64,000 bases of DNA, from positions 91,884,001-91,948,000 of the forward strand of contig OZ024743.1 in NCBI GenBank assembly GCA_964016885.1. The letters are read 5' to 3'. The translations under genes were made by a program, and so were the position numbers. Positions 42,031-55,729 of this stretch are shown here, piece by piece. Below the pieces are notes generated by a model. It saw only the letters and a program-made list of their open reading frames with translations. It was not told where the DNA came from and made no database searches. This DNA comes from Eledone cirrhosa (lineage: Eukaryota). Position 1 is the first letter of the stretch. Each line of letters opens with the position of its first letter.

Positions 42031-45000
42031 ATTGGTCAGTTCCCTGTGGACGGAACCATAAACAGACCAACATATTGATCAGTTGAGGCAACCTTCCCTG
42101 TGGACGGAGCCATTAACAGACCAACATATTGATCAGTTGAGGAAGCCTTCCCTGTGGTCGGAGCTATTAACCAGCCAACATATATTATGTTGGTCAGTTG
42201 AGGTAACCTTCCCTGTGGTCGGAGCCATTACCAGCCAACATATATTATGTTGGTCAGTTGAGGTAACCTTCCCTGTGGTCGGAGCCATTAACCATCCAAC
42301 ATATATTATGTTGGTCAGTTGAGGTAACCTTCTATGTGGTCGGAGCCATTACCAGACCAACATATATTATGTTGGTCAGTTGAGGTAACCTTCCCTGTGG
42401 TCGGAGCCATTAACCAGCCAACATATATTATGTTGGTCAGTTGAGGCAACCTTCCCTGTGGTCGGAGCCATTACCAGACCAACATATATTATGTTGGTCA
42501 GTTGAGGTAAGCTTCCCTGTGGTCGGAGCCATTAACCAGACCAACATATATTATGTTGGTCAGTTGAGGTAACCTTCCCTGTGGTCGGAGCCATTAACCA
42601 GACCAACATATATTATGTTGGTCAGTTGAGGTAACCTTCCCTGTGGTCGGAGCCATTAACCAGCCAACATATATTATGTTGGTCAGTTGAGGTAACCTTC
42701 CCTGTGGTCGGAGTCATTACCAGACCAACATATATTATGTTGGTCAGTTGAGGTAACCTTCCCTGTGGTCGGAGCCATTAACCAGCCAACATATATTATG
42801 TTGGTCAGTTGAGGTAACCTTCCCTGTGGTCGGAGCCATTACCAGACCAACATATATTATGTTGGTCAGTTGAGGTAACCTTCCCTGTGGTCGGAGCCAT
42901 TAACCAGCCAACATATATTATGTTGGTCAGTTGAGGTAACCTTCCCTGTGGTCGGAGCCATTACCAGCCAACATATATTATGTTGGTCAGTTGAGGTAAC
43001 CTTCCCTGTGGTCGGAGCCATTAACCAGCCAACATATATTATGTTGGTCAGTTGAGGTAACCTTCCCTGTGGTCGGAGCCATTACCAGACCAACATATAT
43101 TATGTTGGTCAGTTGAGGTAACCTTCCCTGTGGTCGGAGCCATTAACCAGCCAACATATGTTATGTTGGTCAGTTGAGGTAACCTTCCCTGTGGTCGGAG
43201 CCATTAACCAGTCAACATATATTATGTTGGTCAGTTGAGGTAACCTTCCCTGTGGTCGGAGTCATTACCAGACCAACATATATTATGTTGGTCAGTTGAG
43301 GTAACCTTCCCTGTGGTCGGAGCCATTAACCAGTCAACATATATTATGTTGGTCAGTTGAGGTAACCTTCCCTGTGGTCGGAGTCATTACCAGACCAACA
43401 TATATTATGTTGGTCAGTTGAGGTAACCTTCCCTGTGGTCGGAGCCATTACCAGACCAACATATATTATGTTGGTCAGTTGAGGTAACCTTCCCAATGCT
43501 CGGAGCCATTAACCAGCCAACATATATTATGTTGGTCAGTTGAGGTAACCTTCCCAATGCTCGGAGCCATTAACCAGCCAACATATATTATGTTGGTCAG
43601 TTGAGGTAACCTTCCCTGTGGTCGGAGCCATTACCAGACCAACATATATTATGTTGGTCAGTTGAGGTAACCATCCCTGTGGTCGGAGCCATTAACCAGC
43701 CAACATATATTATGTTGGTCAGTTGAGGTAACCTTCCCAATGCTCGGAGCCATTAACCAGCCAACATATATTATGTTGGTCAGTTGAGGTAACCTTCCCT
43801 GTGGTCGGAGCCATTACCAGACCAACATATATTATGTTGGTCAGTTGAGGTAACCATCCCTGTGGTCGGAGCCATTAACCAGCCAACATATATTATGTTG
43901 GTCAGTTGAGGTAACCTTCCCAATGCTCGGAGCCATTAACCAGCCAACATATATTATGTTGGTCAGTTGAGGCAACCTTCCTTGTGGTCGGAGCCATTAC
44001 CAGACCAACATATATTATGTTGGTCAGTTGAGGTAACCATCCCTGTGGTCGGAGCCATTAACCAGACCAACATATATTATGTTGGTCAGTTGAGGTAACC
44101 TTCCCTGTAGTCGGAGCCATTAACCAGCCAACATATATTATGTTGGTCAGTTGAGGCAACCTTCCTTGTGGTCGGAGCCATTACCAGACCAACATATATT
44201 ATGTTGGTCAGTTGAGGTAACCATCCCTGTGGTCGGAGCCATTAACCAGACCAACATATATTATGTTGGTCAGTTGAGGTAACCTTCCCTGTAGTCGGAG
44301 CCATTAACCAGCCAACATATATTATGTTGGTCAGTTGAGGTAACCTTCCCTGTAGTCGGAGCCATTAACCAGCCAACATATATTATGTTGGTCAGTTGAG
44401 GCAACCTTCCTTGTGGTCGGAGCCATTACCAGACCAACATATATTATGTTGGTCAGTTGAGGTAACCATCCCTGTGGTCGGAGCCATTAACCAGACCAAC
44501 ATATATTATGTTGGTCAGTTGAGGTAACCTTCTATGTGGTCGGAGCCATTAACCAGACCAACAGATATTATGTTGGTCAGTTGAGGTAACCTTCCCTGTG
44601 GTCGGAGCCATTAACCAGACCAACATATATTATGTTGGTCAGTTGAGGTAACCTTCCCTGTAGTCGGAGCCATTAACCAGCCAACATATATTATGTTGGT
44701 CAGTTGAGGTAACCTTCCCTGTGGTCGGAGCCATTAACCAGCCAACATATATTATGTTGGTCAGTTGAGGTAACCTTCCCTGTGGTCGGAGCCATTACCA
44801 GACCAACATATATTATGTTGGTCAGTTGAGGTAACCTTCCCTGTGGACGGAGCCATTACCAGACCAACATATATTATGTTGGTCAGTTGAGGTAACCTTC
44901 CCTGTGGTCGGAGCCATTAAGCAGCCAACATATATTATGTTGGTCAGTTGAGGTAACCTTCCCTGTGGTCGGAGCCATTACCAGACCAACATATATTATG

Positions 45001-46031
45001 TTGGTCAGTTGAGGTAACCTTCCCTGTGGTCGGAGCCATTACCAGACCAACATATATTATGTTGGTCAGTTGAGGCAACCTTCCCTGTGGTCGGAGCCAT
45101 TACCAGACCAACATATATTATGTTGGTCAGTTGAGGTAACCTTCCCTGTGGTCGGAGCCATTAACCAGCCAACATATATTATGTTGGTCAGTTGAGGTAA
45201 CCTTCTATGTGGTCGGAGCCATTAACCAGACCAACAGATATTATGTTGGTCAGTTGAGGTAACCTTCCCTGTGGTCGGAGCCATTAACCAGCCAACATAT
45301 ATTATGTTGGTCAGTTGAGGTAACCTTCCCTGTGGTCGGAGCCATTAACCAGCCAACATATATTATGTTGGTCAGTTGAGGTAACCTTCCCTGTGGTCGG
45401 AGCCATTACCAGACCAACATATATTATGTTGGTCAGTTGAGGTAACCTTCCCTGTAGTCGGAGCCATTAACCAGCCAACATATATTATGTTGGTCAGTTG
45501 AGGTAACCTTCCCTGTGGTCGGAGCCATTAACCAGCCAACATATATTATGTTGGTCAGTTGAGGTAACCTTCTATGTGGTCGGAGCCATTAACCAGACCA
45601 ACAGATATTATGTTGGTCAGTTGAGGTAACCTTCCCTGTGCTCGGAGCCATTAACCAGCCAACATATATTATGTTGGTCAGTTGAGGTAACCTTCCCTGT
45701 GGTCGGAGCCATTAACCAGCCAACATATATTATGTTGGTCAGTTGAGGTAACCTTCCCTGTGGTCGGAGCCATTAACCAGCCAACATATATTATGTTGGT
45801 CAGTGAGGTAACCTTCCCTGTGGTCGGAGACATTAACCAGCCAACATATATTATGTTGGTCAGTTGAGGTAACCTTCCCTGTGGTCGGAGCCATTAACCA
45901 GCCAACATATATTATGTTGGTCAGTGAGGTAACCTTCCCTGTGGTCGGAGACATTAACCAGCCAACATATATTATGTTGGTCAGTTGAGGTAACCTTCCC
46001 TGTGGTCGGAGCCATTAACCAGCCAACATAT
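42031..46031. repeat. 59-61-bp satellite, ~66 units
   Basis: Unit ttggtcagttgaggtaaccttccctgtggtcggagccattaaccagccaacatatattatg. First units are degenerate. Confidence 0.97.
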
Positions 46032-46368
46032 CAATAACATTCTTCGAATGTATTGCACAGAATCGTAAATTATGGAGGAAACTATGTTTCATAGAAATTA
46101 ATATGATATTCAGTGTTCAAGGGTAGAGAAACATATTACAGGGAAATGGAAAACTCCGTATCCTAACTGTCATCAGGCTGCTTTGATCATATAGTGATGC
46201 GTGGAAATTATAACCAGATGAAGCTATCAAGCTGAATCTTTGAAATCATTGCCATTTTTTGCATGGAAAATAAATTTGTGGGCTCTACCTAACAGTATTG
46301 AGTGCTCATTCTGTCAACGTTTCAATGTCTTAACAGTACAGTATTTTAAAAACAGATGCTAATACGTT

Positions 46369-46510
<142 letters not shown>

Positions 46511-46740
46511 TGATGGTAGCTAAGATGCTTCCATAGGCGGTATGCCGGTTGAGTATTCTATGCTCTTACAGAGTAGAGCATGATAGAATAGAAAATGAAA
46601 AATCAGTGATGCATCTGAACTCAATTTATTGTGTTTTATAATTGTTTCCCCGACGGACAGCTCGAGACGCGATCATTGTGTGGATCTGTCTGATTCTGGA
46701 CCCGCAGGTTCGACGGACACGTCTAATTATTTCTGCTCCG

Positions 46741-46771
<31 letters not shown>

Positions 46772-47000
46772 TAACGAATGAGTTGTGGTAAGGAACCAGA
46801 AGGACCATACACACCAGAGTACTCAATACTTAGGGTAGTTGAGTGGGTAATAGGAGAAAGTATGACCCCGACGGCAGAGCTCAAGACGTTTCGACGGCTA
46901 TTTCTGGACAGAAATAGCCGCGAAACGGCTTGAGCTCTGCCGTCGGGGTCAAACTTTCTCCTATATATATGTATATATATAGAGAGAGAGAGAGAAGCGG

Positions 47001-47054
<54 letters not shown>

Positions 47055-47098
47055 AGAGATGGATTGATAAGGATGTATATATATATGTGTGTATACAA

Positions 47099-47194
<96 letters not shown>

Positions 47195-47423
47195 CGTAGT
47201 TTAGAAAGCCACAACAATGCAGAGGGAAATCTCGAGGTAGGAAGTGAATGATAGATAGGAGAAATAGGAGAAAGTGAAAATTGAGAGAGACAAAGATGAA
47301 AACAAAACAAAGGTAGAAGGGTTACCGTAGTGGAGATTTAATCCCAATATTGGGATTAAATCTCCACTACGGTAACTAACGTATTTTACACATTTCACAA
47401 TGCTTCAAGCAAACTTTAACACC

Positions 47424-47494
<71 letters not shown>

Positions 47495-47497
<3 letters not shown>

Positions 47498-48292
47498 TTA
47501 ACGGTCTATTCTCCGATTTTTTACTTTCCCACATGCTTACGCTCTGCTAACTCTCTAGCCCACTAAATATTAACACTTCGAATATTTAATGGTCTATTCT
47601 CCGATTTTTTACTTTCCCACGTGCTTACGCTCTGCTAACTCTCTAGCCCACTAAATATTAACACTTCGAATATTTAACCGACTATTCTCCGATTTTTTAC
47701 TTTCCCACGTGCTTACGCTCTGCTAACTCTCTAGCCCACTAAATATTAACACTTCGAATATTTAACGGTCTATTCTCCGATTTTTTACTTTCCCACATGC
47801 TTACGCTCTGCTAACTCTCTAGCCCACTAAATATTAACACTTCGAATATTTAACGGTCTATTCTCCGATTTTTTACTTTCCCACATGCTTACGCTCTGCT
47901 AACTCTCTAGCCCACTAAATATTAACACTTCGAATATTTAACGGTCTATTCTCCGATTTTTTACTTTCCCACATGCTTACGCTCTGCTAACTCTCTAGCC
48001 CACTAAATATTAACACTTCGAATATTTAACGGTCTATTCTCCGATTTTTTACTTTCCCACGTGCTTACGCTCTGCTAACTCTCTAGCCCACTAAATATTA
48101 ACACTTCGAATATTTAACCGACTATTCTCCGATTTTTTACTTTCCCACGTGCTTACGCTCTGCTAACTCTCTAGCCCACTAAATATTAACACTTCGAATA
48201 TTTAACGGTCTATTCTCCGATTTTTTACTTTCCCACGTGCTTACGCTCTGCTAACTCTCTAGCCCACTAAATATTAACACTTCGAATATTTA
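47495..48292. repeat. 88-bp tandem repeat, 9 units, followed by a unique ~105-bp tail, between (TA)n tracts
   Basis: Periodicity at 47503, 47591, 47679... Confidence 0.95.
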
Positions 48293-48393
48293 ATACTGCC
48301 GCCACTAGTATCGAGCACCTTTGGCATACGCTACTTGGCAAATAACTATATGTATCACCCATCCCCCCTTTTTTCTCTTTCTCGATACGTAAA

Positions 48394-48494
<101 letters not shown>

Positions 48495-48640
48495 CGTATA
48501 TGAATATATGTGTAAGTGAGAATGTATTAGTCACTACGATTAATATACACACATCTTGGATTTTCTCTACGTAAACATCACGCCCTCTCCCTTTTCTTAA
48601 TCTCACTCAAACTCTCTCTCTCTCTCTCTCTCTTTTCCTG

Positions 48641-48710
<70 letters not shown>

Positions 48711-49077
48711 TCTATATTTCGCTATCAATCTTTCTAGCCACCTCAATACCACTCAGTATCACCATCAAGCAGACTTCACCAACCGGCGATATACCTGTAT
48801 TTTTCATCTTCCTTCCACTTTCTTAATCAATACTACCGTTATGAACGCATGCTCTTGTTCTGCAATTAGTCTGCAAAGCGATGAGAATGCACGCAGCTGC
48901 ACGTATATGCACATATGATGCATATACACAAACGGAGAGGAAGTGAGGGGGTGATTGCTATACAAGCTGCGTGTTAAGTTATGTGCGTGTCCTCAAAATG
49001 AGGACGCAGCGAGAGAACCTTTGTAGAGGAACTTATGAGAGGGTTTCTGTGTGTTCAAACATGTATAATATATATAA

Positions 49078-49124
<47 letters not shown>

Positions 49125-49296
49125 TATAATATACATATATACATATATGCAAACACACACATACACATGCACACATGCACACATACACACATATATATAT
49201 ATGTATGTATGCTGAGTATATGCTCTACCAAGCTTAGCCACCAGAACATTAAATATACAGGATAATAAGAGGGAGATTGGAAATGGGAATTCTTAA

Positions 49297-49333
<37 letters not shown>

Positions 49334-49437
49334 TATAAAGAGAGAGAGAGAGAACAGGTGAATATTTAAATCGTTTTTTATTTTATTTAAAAGATTGATT
49401 GATAATTATCAATCAATCTTTTTTGCTTGCTCCGCTC

Positions 49438-49493
<56 letters not shown>

Positions 49494-49498
<5 letters not shown>

Positions 49499-50421
49499 AA
49501 TAATGGAGCTGCGGCGCTGCAAATGGGTTACATATGAAAAAGTTTGTCCTCATCAGTGGCCATCCAACCGTCGTAGGCATTTCGTCGCATTAAAGGCCAT
49601 ATACCTCAGGTTGGTGCGAGCAACGGCTAAAAAAAAGTTGTTGGGACACGTAAATAAAGGGGACGCTAGGGTAAACAAACAAAATGGTTTAAGCAGCAGA
49701 AAGTGATGAAGAAGGAAACAAGTCCCAGATTTCTATGAATATAAATTCGGTGGAATCGTGAGCAAGGAAGGAATTTCGCACAGGTCTAACGGGAGAAAGA
49801 AGGGGTCTGGTCTGCGAATTCGTTAAACATAAGTTCTGTGAAGTCGCAGACGAGAGAGAGAGAAAAAAATTCATACCGGCTTGGCCAAGTGCCCGCGAGA
49901 AAAGGATTACAGACAGGTCAAACGGGAAGAAAGGGGAGGAGGAGAGGTAGTGACAGAGAGTGAGTGAGTGAAAGGTGAGGAAGAGGCTAACAGAGAGAGA
50001 CTGCTAGAAAGGGTAAAGACACAAAGAACGAAACAGACTGGTGGCAGCGGAGGAAAAAATATATGTGTAAATATGATAATAATGGAGTTGCGGCGCTGCA
50101 AATGGGTTACATATGAAAAGGTTTGTCCTCATCAGTGGCCATCCAACCGTCGTAGGCATTTCGTCGCATTAAAGGCCATATACCTCAGGTTGGTGCGAGC
50201 AACGGCTAAAAAAAAGTCGCTGGGACACGTAAATAAAGGGGACGCTAGGGTAAACAAACAACTGCTGCTTAAACCATTTTGTTTGTTTACCCTAGCGTCC
50301 CCTTTATTTACGTGTCCCGACGACTTTATTTTAGCCGTTGCTCGCACCAACCTGAGGTATATGGCCTTTAATGCGACGAAATGCCTACGACGGTTGGATG
50401 GCCACTGATGAGGACAAACTT

Positions 50422-50428
<7 letters not shown>
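49494..50428 (-). mobile_element. Family E non-coding element: direct repeat (49494 / 50073, 579-bp spacing) plus inverted arm 50262-50428. Diverged copy at 51169-51587, fragment at 10178-10238
   Basis: Direct and inverted homology read directly. (TA)n flanks. No meaningful ORF. Confidence 0.88.
50312..50416 (+). ncRNA. Putative non-circularly permuted hammerhead ribozyme (copies on - at 49545-49649, ~50124-50228, 51222-51323)
   Basis: AGGTAT-A-TGGCC ... C-GAAA-TGCCT ... GGCCA-CTGATGA-G, with compensatory changes between copies. Confidence 0.65.
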
Positions 50429-50491
<63 letters not shown>

Positions 50492-50507
50492 TGTATATAT
50501 ATAAAAG

Positions 50508-50540
<33 letters not shown>

Positions 50541-50544
<4 letters not shown>

Positions 50545-50927
50545 AGTGTAACTTGGAGTTACTGCAGGTTCACCCGGGTGAGCACTCGATGTTTAGGTTC
50601 ACTTGTGTTGAGGTGTAGAGCTATACAGAGTGTATTATAGTTAAATGAGATAGCAAGGAAGATTGGTTACTCCTTCATTACATTTATTGGTAGGTGGCGC
50701 GCGTTTCGCAACTGATCCGCTCAAGGTTCGATCTGTATCGATGTTACCCGACTCAATAATCGGCAGCTCGACGAACCCTTATACCATTTTAAAGGGTCCG
50801 TCGAGCTGCCGATTATTGAGTCGGGTAAGATCGATACAGATCGAACCTTGAGCTGATCAGTGGTGAAACGCGCGTCACCTACCAATAAATGTAATGAAGG
50901 AGTAACCAATCGTCCTTGTTATCCTTT

Positions 50928-50930
<3 letters not shown>
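50541..50930 (-). mobile_element. (TA)n-embedded foldback, ~130-bp arms plus tail on the left
   Basis: 50648-50780 is the reverse complement of 50791-50922. Contains GAAACGCGCGTC (HHR-like 3' half). Confidence 0.8.
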
Positions 50931-51014
<84 letters not shown>

Positions 51015-51586
51015 TAACAAATTAAAGTTTAAGCAAAGAATCGCTGCTTTGACCCTTAACGGGATCTTCTGAAATTTGATATATATTTAACCTTATCGAG
51101 CCCTCTTTGGATTTTAGTCTTCAAATTTATTATTATTACTATATATATATATATATATATATATAAATATGATAATAATGATGGCTGCCCGTTGCAAATG
51201 GTGGTGCATATGAAAAAGTGAGTCCTTCATCAGTGACCCTCCAACCGTCCCAGGCATTTCATCGCTTTAAGGGCCATATGCCTCAGGTTGGTGCGAACAA
51301 CGGCTAAAAAAAGTCGTTGGGACACGTAAATAAAGGGGACGTTAGGGTAACAAACAAAATGGTTTAAGCAACGGAAAGTGAGAAGAAATAGACAAGTCCC
51401 AGATCTCTATGAATATAAACTCGGTGAAATCGTGAACAAGAGACAAAAGACCATCAAACCTGGTTGAAATGTGAGAAAGGAAGGAATTTCGCACAAGTCT
51501 AACGGGGGGGAAGAAGAAGAAGAAGAAGAAGAAGAAGAAGGGGTCTGGTCTACGAATTCGGTAAACATAAGTTTTGTGAAGTCGCA

Positions 51587-51689
<103 letters not shown>

Positions 51690-51802
51690 TGTGTGTGTGT
51701 GTGTGTATGTGCGTGTGTAAAAGGTAAACAGAAATAACAACACAATCGGTACAGTATATGGAAGGGATATATTAGCTAACGCTTGATATAGCAGGAAGAA
51801 GG

Positions 51803-51838
51803 TCTTAACGTTTCGGACGCTAGTCCTTCATCAGAAGA
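51803..51838 (-). ncRNA. Minimal type-I hammerhead (inverted partial mate at 52102-52190)
   Basis: TCTT-CTGATGA-A-GGAC-TAGC-GTCC-GAAA-CG-TT-AAGA. Confidence 0.85.
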
Positions 51839-52203
51839 AAGAATAAGAAATAAGATAGATTGAGGGGGCGGGCGTGATGGAATTGAGTCAGAACCCCGAC
51901 GGCAGAGCTCAAGCCGTTTCGACAGCTATTTCTGGACGCTTTTCCAATTACCCACTCTATTACCCAAAATATTGAGTACTCTGTTGCGTATGGTCTACCT
52001 GGTTCCTTACCACACTTCCTTCGTTATATATATTTTTTTGAAAAGCATAAGAACTGTGAAACCGGTAAAGGAAGCAAATAAATATTCTTAAAAAGTTGCA
52101 TTAGTGTCCGAAACGTTAAGACTCTCTTCCTGTTATTTCTTCCATATACTATGCCGCTTGTTTTGTTATTTCTGTTTACCTTTTACATACATACCCCCCC
52201 CCC

Positions 52204-52238
<35 letters not shown>

Positions 52239-52693
52239 TTATATTCGTGAGAAATCATCAGGAACCTTCCTGATGATTTCTCACAAATGAAACAGTTCTA
52301 GGCCTGTAGAAACTTTTCTATATTAAATATAAATACATATATATAAATATTTCAATCATATCTTATTTTGTTTGAGCCGATTAGTTTGCTCGCTTTTTTT
52401 TGGCTTGGTGGTTAATGGCTTAACCATCGTTTCAGTTTGTATGGCCTTTTTAACGTATGTTTATTGCTCTGGTATATTCCTCTCCATTGAGCGCTTGCCA
52501 ACACAAATCGGAAGTTGCTTTTCGCTAATTTCTACTCGCCGAAATGCGATTCTCGCTGCTAAATTATATTTGTATATATATATATTGGAAAATGTGTGAA
52601 ATCCTTGGTACAGTTAGGTATATTTCATGAAAGGAAAAGAATGATTTCACTTGTAGTTGGTGTTCTAAACAATTTTACAATTTTACAATTTTG

Positions 52694-52761
<68 letters not shown>

Positions 52762-52892
52762 ATATGTAGGAGGTGAGTAATATTGTAGAACAATAAAATT
52801 ATGCATATATCAGATAAGTAGCACTCAACAGTTGGTAGAACTGGAGTATATATAAAGAAGAAATTAAAAGATGGTTAAAAAAAGTTCTATAC

Positions 52893-52960
52893 ATTTTATT
52901 ATGCGCATTTCGAAAACAACATTATCCTGGGACAAAAATTGTGTTCTCATCAGATAAAAT
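52893..52960 (-). ncRNA. Type-I hammerhead of the Naiad-like element
   Basis: ATTTTAT-CTGATGA-GAAC..TTTTC-GAAA-TGCGCA-TA-ATAAAAT. Confidence 0.8.
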
Positions 52961-54013
52961 AAAGTAACATGATATGAGGCCTAAAAACACTTGTGAACAA
53001 GAAAGTGTTGAGTCTACATATAACAAAAATATAAGAGAAGAGAAAAAATAGGAAAAATGAAGAAAAGGAAAGAAGAAGGAAAAATGAAAAAGAAATAGAA
53101 GAGAGGAAAAAAGAAAGAAAGAAGGAGGAGAGAGAGATAGAAAGAGAGAGGGAGAGAGACTTTTGATCGGGAACGCTGTCAAAAAATGAAAACATCTGTA
53201 AATAACGGCTAAAAAAAAATAAATAAATTGATGAGGTGTATGTGCTAATATTACAAATATTATAGGTCTAGAATATAGAAACTGGGTATATTATTTTAGA
53301 TTGAGTTTAAGGGCGATGGATTGGCAGTATCGGTAGAGAGTCGGACACCATGCTTTCCAGCATAGTTACGTCCCTTTACGGTCTGAGTTCAAATCCCGCC
53401 GAGGTTTACTTTACCTTTTATCCTTACGGGGTCGATAAAATAAAGTGCCAGTAATGCACTGGATAATTGCTGGCCTTGTGCCTAAAGTCGAAACAATTAT
53501 TTTATATTGAGTTTGAATGCTAAAAATTGGATTAAGAAGTGTAAAAATATATTAATAAAATAAAATAAAATAAGTAAAATTAAATTTAAAATAATTATAA
53601 TAATTATAAAAAAATGGTTTTTAAAATAAAATAAAATAAAATAAGATAGAATAGAATAAAAAATAAAAATAAGAATAGTCTATCTATGTCAAAATTAAAA
53701 ATTACTATTAAAAATTTATATATGTGGGGTATACTATTTAATTATTATTTTATATCAACAAGTAAATAAAGGAAATTGCTAGAAAGGTTTATAAACGTAG
53801 AAAGACATTTGACGTCATAGTTTGTTTACAAAATCTACGAAGGTTTGAACGAAAATTTAAGGCAATAGAGGAAAAAAGAGGAAAGGCTTAAAAATGCAGA
53901 GAAAAGAGAATTAATACATTGTAGAATATAATGAAATGTGTGTGAAAAGATATATGTGTAAAAAATATGTGTGTAAAAAATGAACCGTTATTCGTGGAAT
54001 ATGTTATAGGACA

Positions 54014-54865
54014 TTAGCTGTATACTTTGTGAAAGGTCTTAAAATATTTATGAGTACAAAGACCAAATAAGCCTGTACGTCTATTTATTAAAGAGTTAAA
54101 ATTCGAGATAATGGTAAATTTTTCAGCTAGACATAAATTACCAACCCTAGATATGGAAGCATTGGAGTAAGGAAAAGCGTTGCAAATTTTACGCCAAGAA
54201 ATTTCGTAATTAATGTTTTTGTCTTCTAAGGACCAAATAAGTTCTGAGAGTGCGGTGCTGGTCTTTGTAAGTGGATATTTAAATGTAAAAGAATGGTTAT
54301 AGAGTCTTGCTTTAAATGAAGTAGAAGTAGAGCCAATGTAGGTATATGTATTGGTACTAGTTACCACTTTACATTCGTATACTAGGTTTTTATCGAGACA
54401 GAAATTACTAAGAGGACAATTAGTTCTAATAGGGCAGTTGCATTTACGATTAAGATTATTAACAGAGTTATTTGCAAGTGGCCGAGGATTATTTATATTA
54501 GGAAATGGAGTGGTGGAATTAGCTAGAGGAGGTGCTAAGGTTTCCTGATTTACATTACTATTTGAAACATTCCTCAAAGTTACGTTTGACGTCGTATTTA
54601 TATTTATGTTATTTTGCCTAGAGTTTACATTGACGTCGGGCCTTATACTGTTATTATTATGACTCTCATGGTTGGATGCATATGAGTTATTATTTAATAT
54701 TTTAGAATTATGTCTTAAGATAATTTTTGAAATGTTCGAAGTAGTGGAATATGAGAATTTAATGGTATGCTTATTAAACATCTTGGTATATATATGTAAA
54801 GGGGGGAAGCTGTTATCTAAAGCCCTAAAAAATAATTTAGGGATATTGCTAATAAGTGAAAGAGA
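54014..54865 (-). pseudogene. PLE RT-thumb/linker + GIY-YIG endonuclease C-terminus (Naiad-like)
   Basis: FNKHTIKFSYS, HN, CNC-x5-CPL-x3-C, NLVY...YIGST...FKARLYNH, STALS..IW, LCLAEK, terminal CTH. The N-terminus is missing. Confidence 0.88.
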
Positions 54866-54949
54866 GAAGGGAGCGTTGTTCGAAATGCGCATAATAAAAT
54901 ATATGGAACTTTTTTAACCATCTTTTAATTTCTTCTTTATATATATATA

Positions 54950-55008
<59 letters not shown>

Positions 55009-55122
55009 TCTCATGTTACACTAACGTGCACTCCTTGTTAAATATCTAAATACCTCGGAGGAGATATCGCTTTAATAAGAATTTAATTTCCTGAATTATT
55101 AAATTTAACATATTATACATAA

Positions 55123-55242
<120 letters not shown>

Positions 55243-55389
55243 TAAGACATCTGATGCTGATCGGATATGAAACCGGTGGAAACGTGATTTAAATGTAAAT
55301 ATTACAAATAAGGTACTGACTGATTCAGTGGGTGATAAAAAGGTCATATATACATAAAGGGAAGATTTTAGGAACTATATGTGTAAGCT

Positions 55390-55474
<85 letters not shown>

Positions 55475-55627
55475 GTTTGGTAGAACATTCATTCCTATAG
55501 TTCCAGTACATGTATGTATATCTATACAGGGTGTGTGTGCCTGTGTGTGTCTGCGTGTATCTGTGTGTGTCCTGTGTGTGTGTATGTGTATGTATATGTG
55601 TATGTATGTATGTGTGTGTGTGTGTTC

Positions 55628-55658
<31 letters not shown>

Positions 55659-55729
55659 ATCATGTTCAATGATAGACTAAGACTAAGATTTGCAGCAACC
55701 ACAGGTTATCTGTCATTTACACACCTTTG

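Larger units (their letters stand above)
52766..54942 (-). mobile_element. 5'-truncated Naiad-like Penelope element with 3' UTR, HHR, tail and inverted tail-less arm; SINE inserted at 53311-53500
   Basis: ORF remnant. 54875-54942 mirrors 52848-52920. (TA)n flanks. Confidence 0.88.

Noticed and set aside
42031-46031. CRISPR-like array
   Set aside because: No unique spacers, no cas genes, eukaryotic context. It is a plain satellite, as are 47495-48292 and 62455-64000.
49395-50408. ORFs containing MIIMELRRCKWVTYEKV...
   Set aside because: Antisense to the structured RNA strand, and the frame is not conserved in the 51169 copy.
54014-54892. Selenoprotein-type Naiad (in-frame UGA/SECIS)
   Set aside because: No in-frame TGA in the remnant and no recognisable SECIS. 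The annotated Met lies in the inverted arm and is not a true start.
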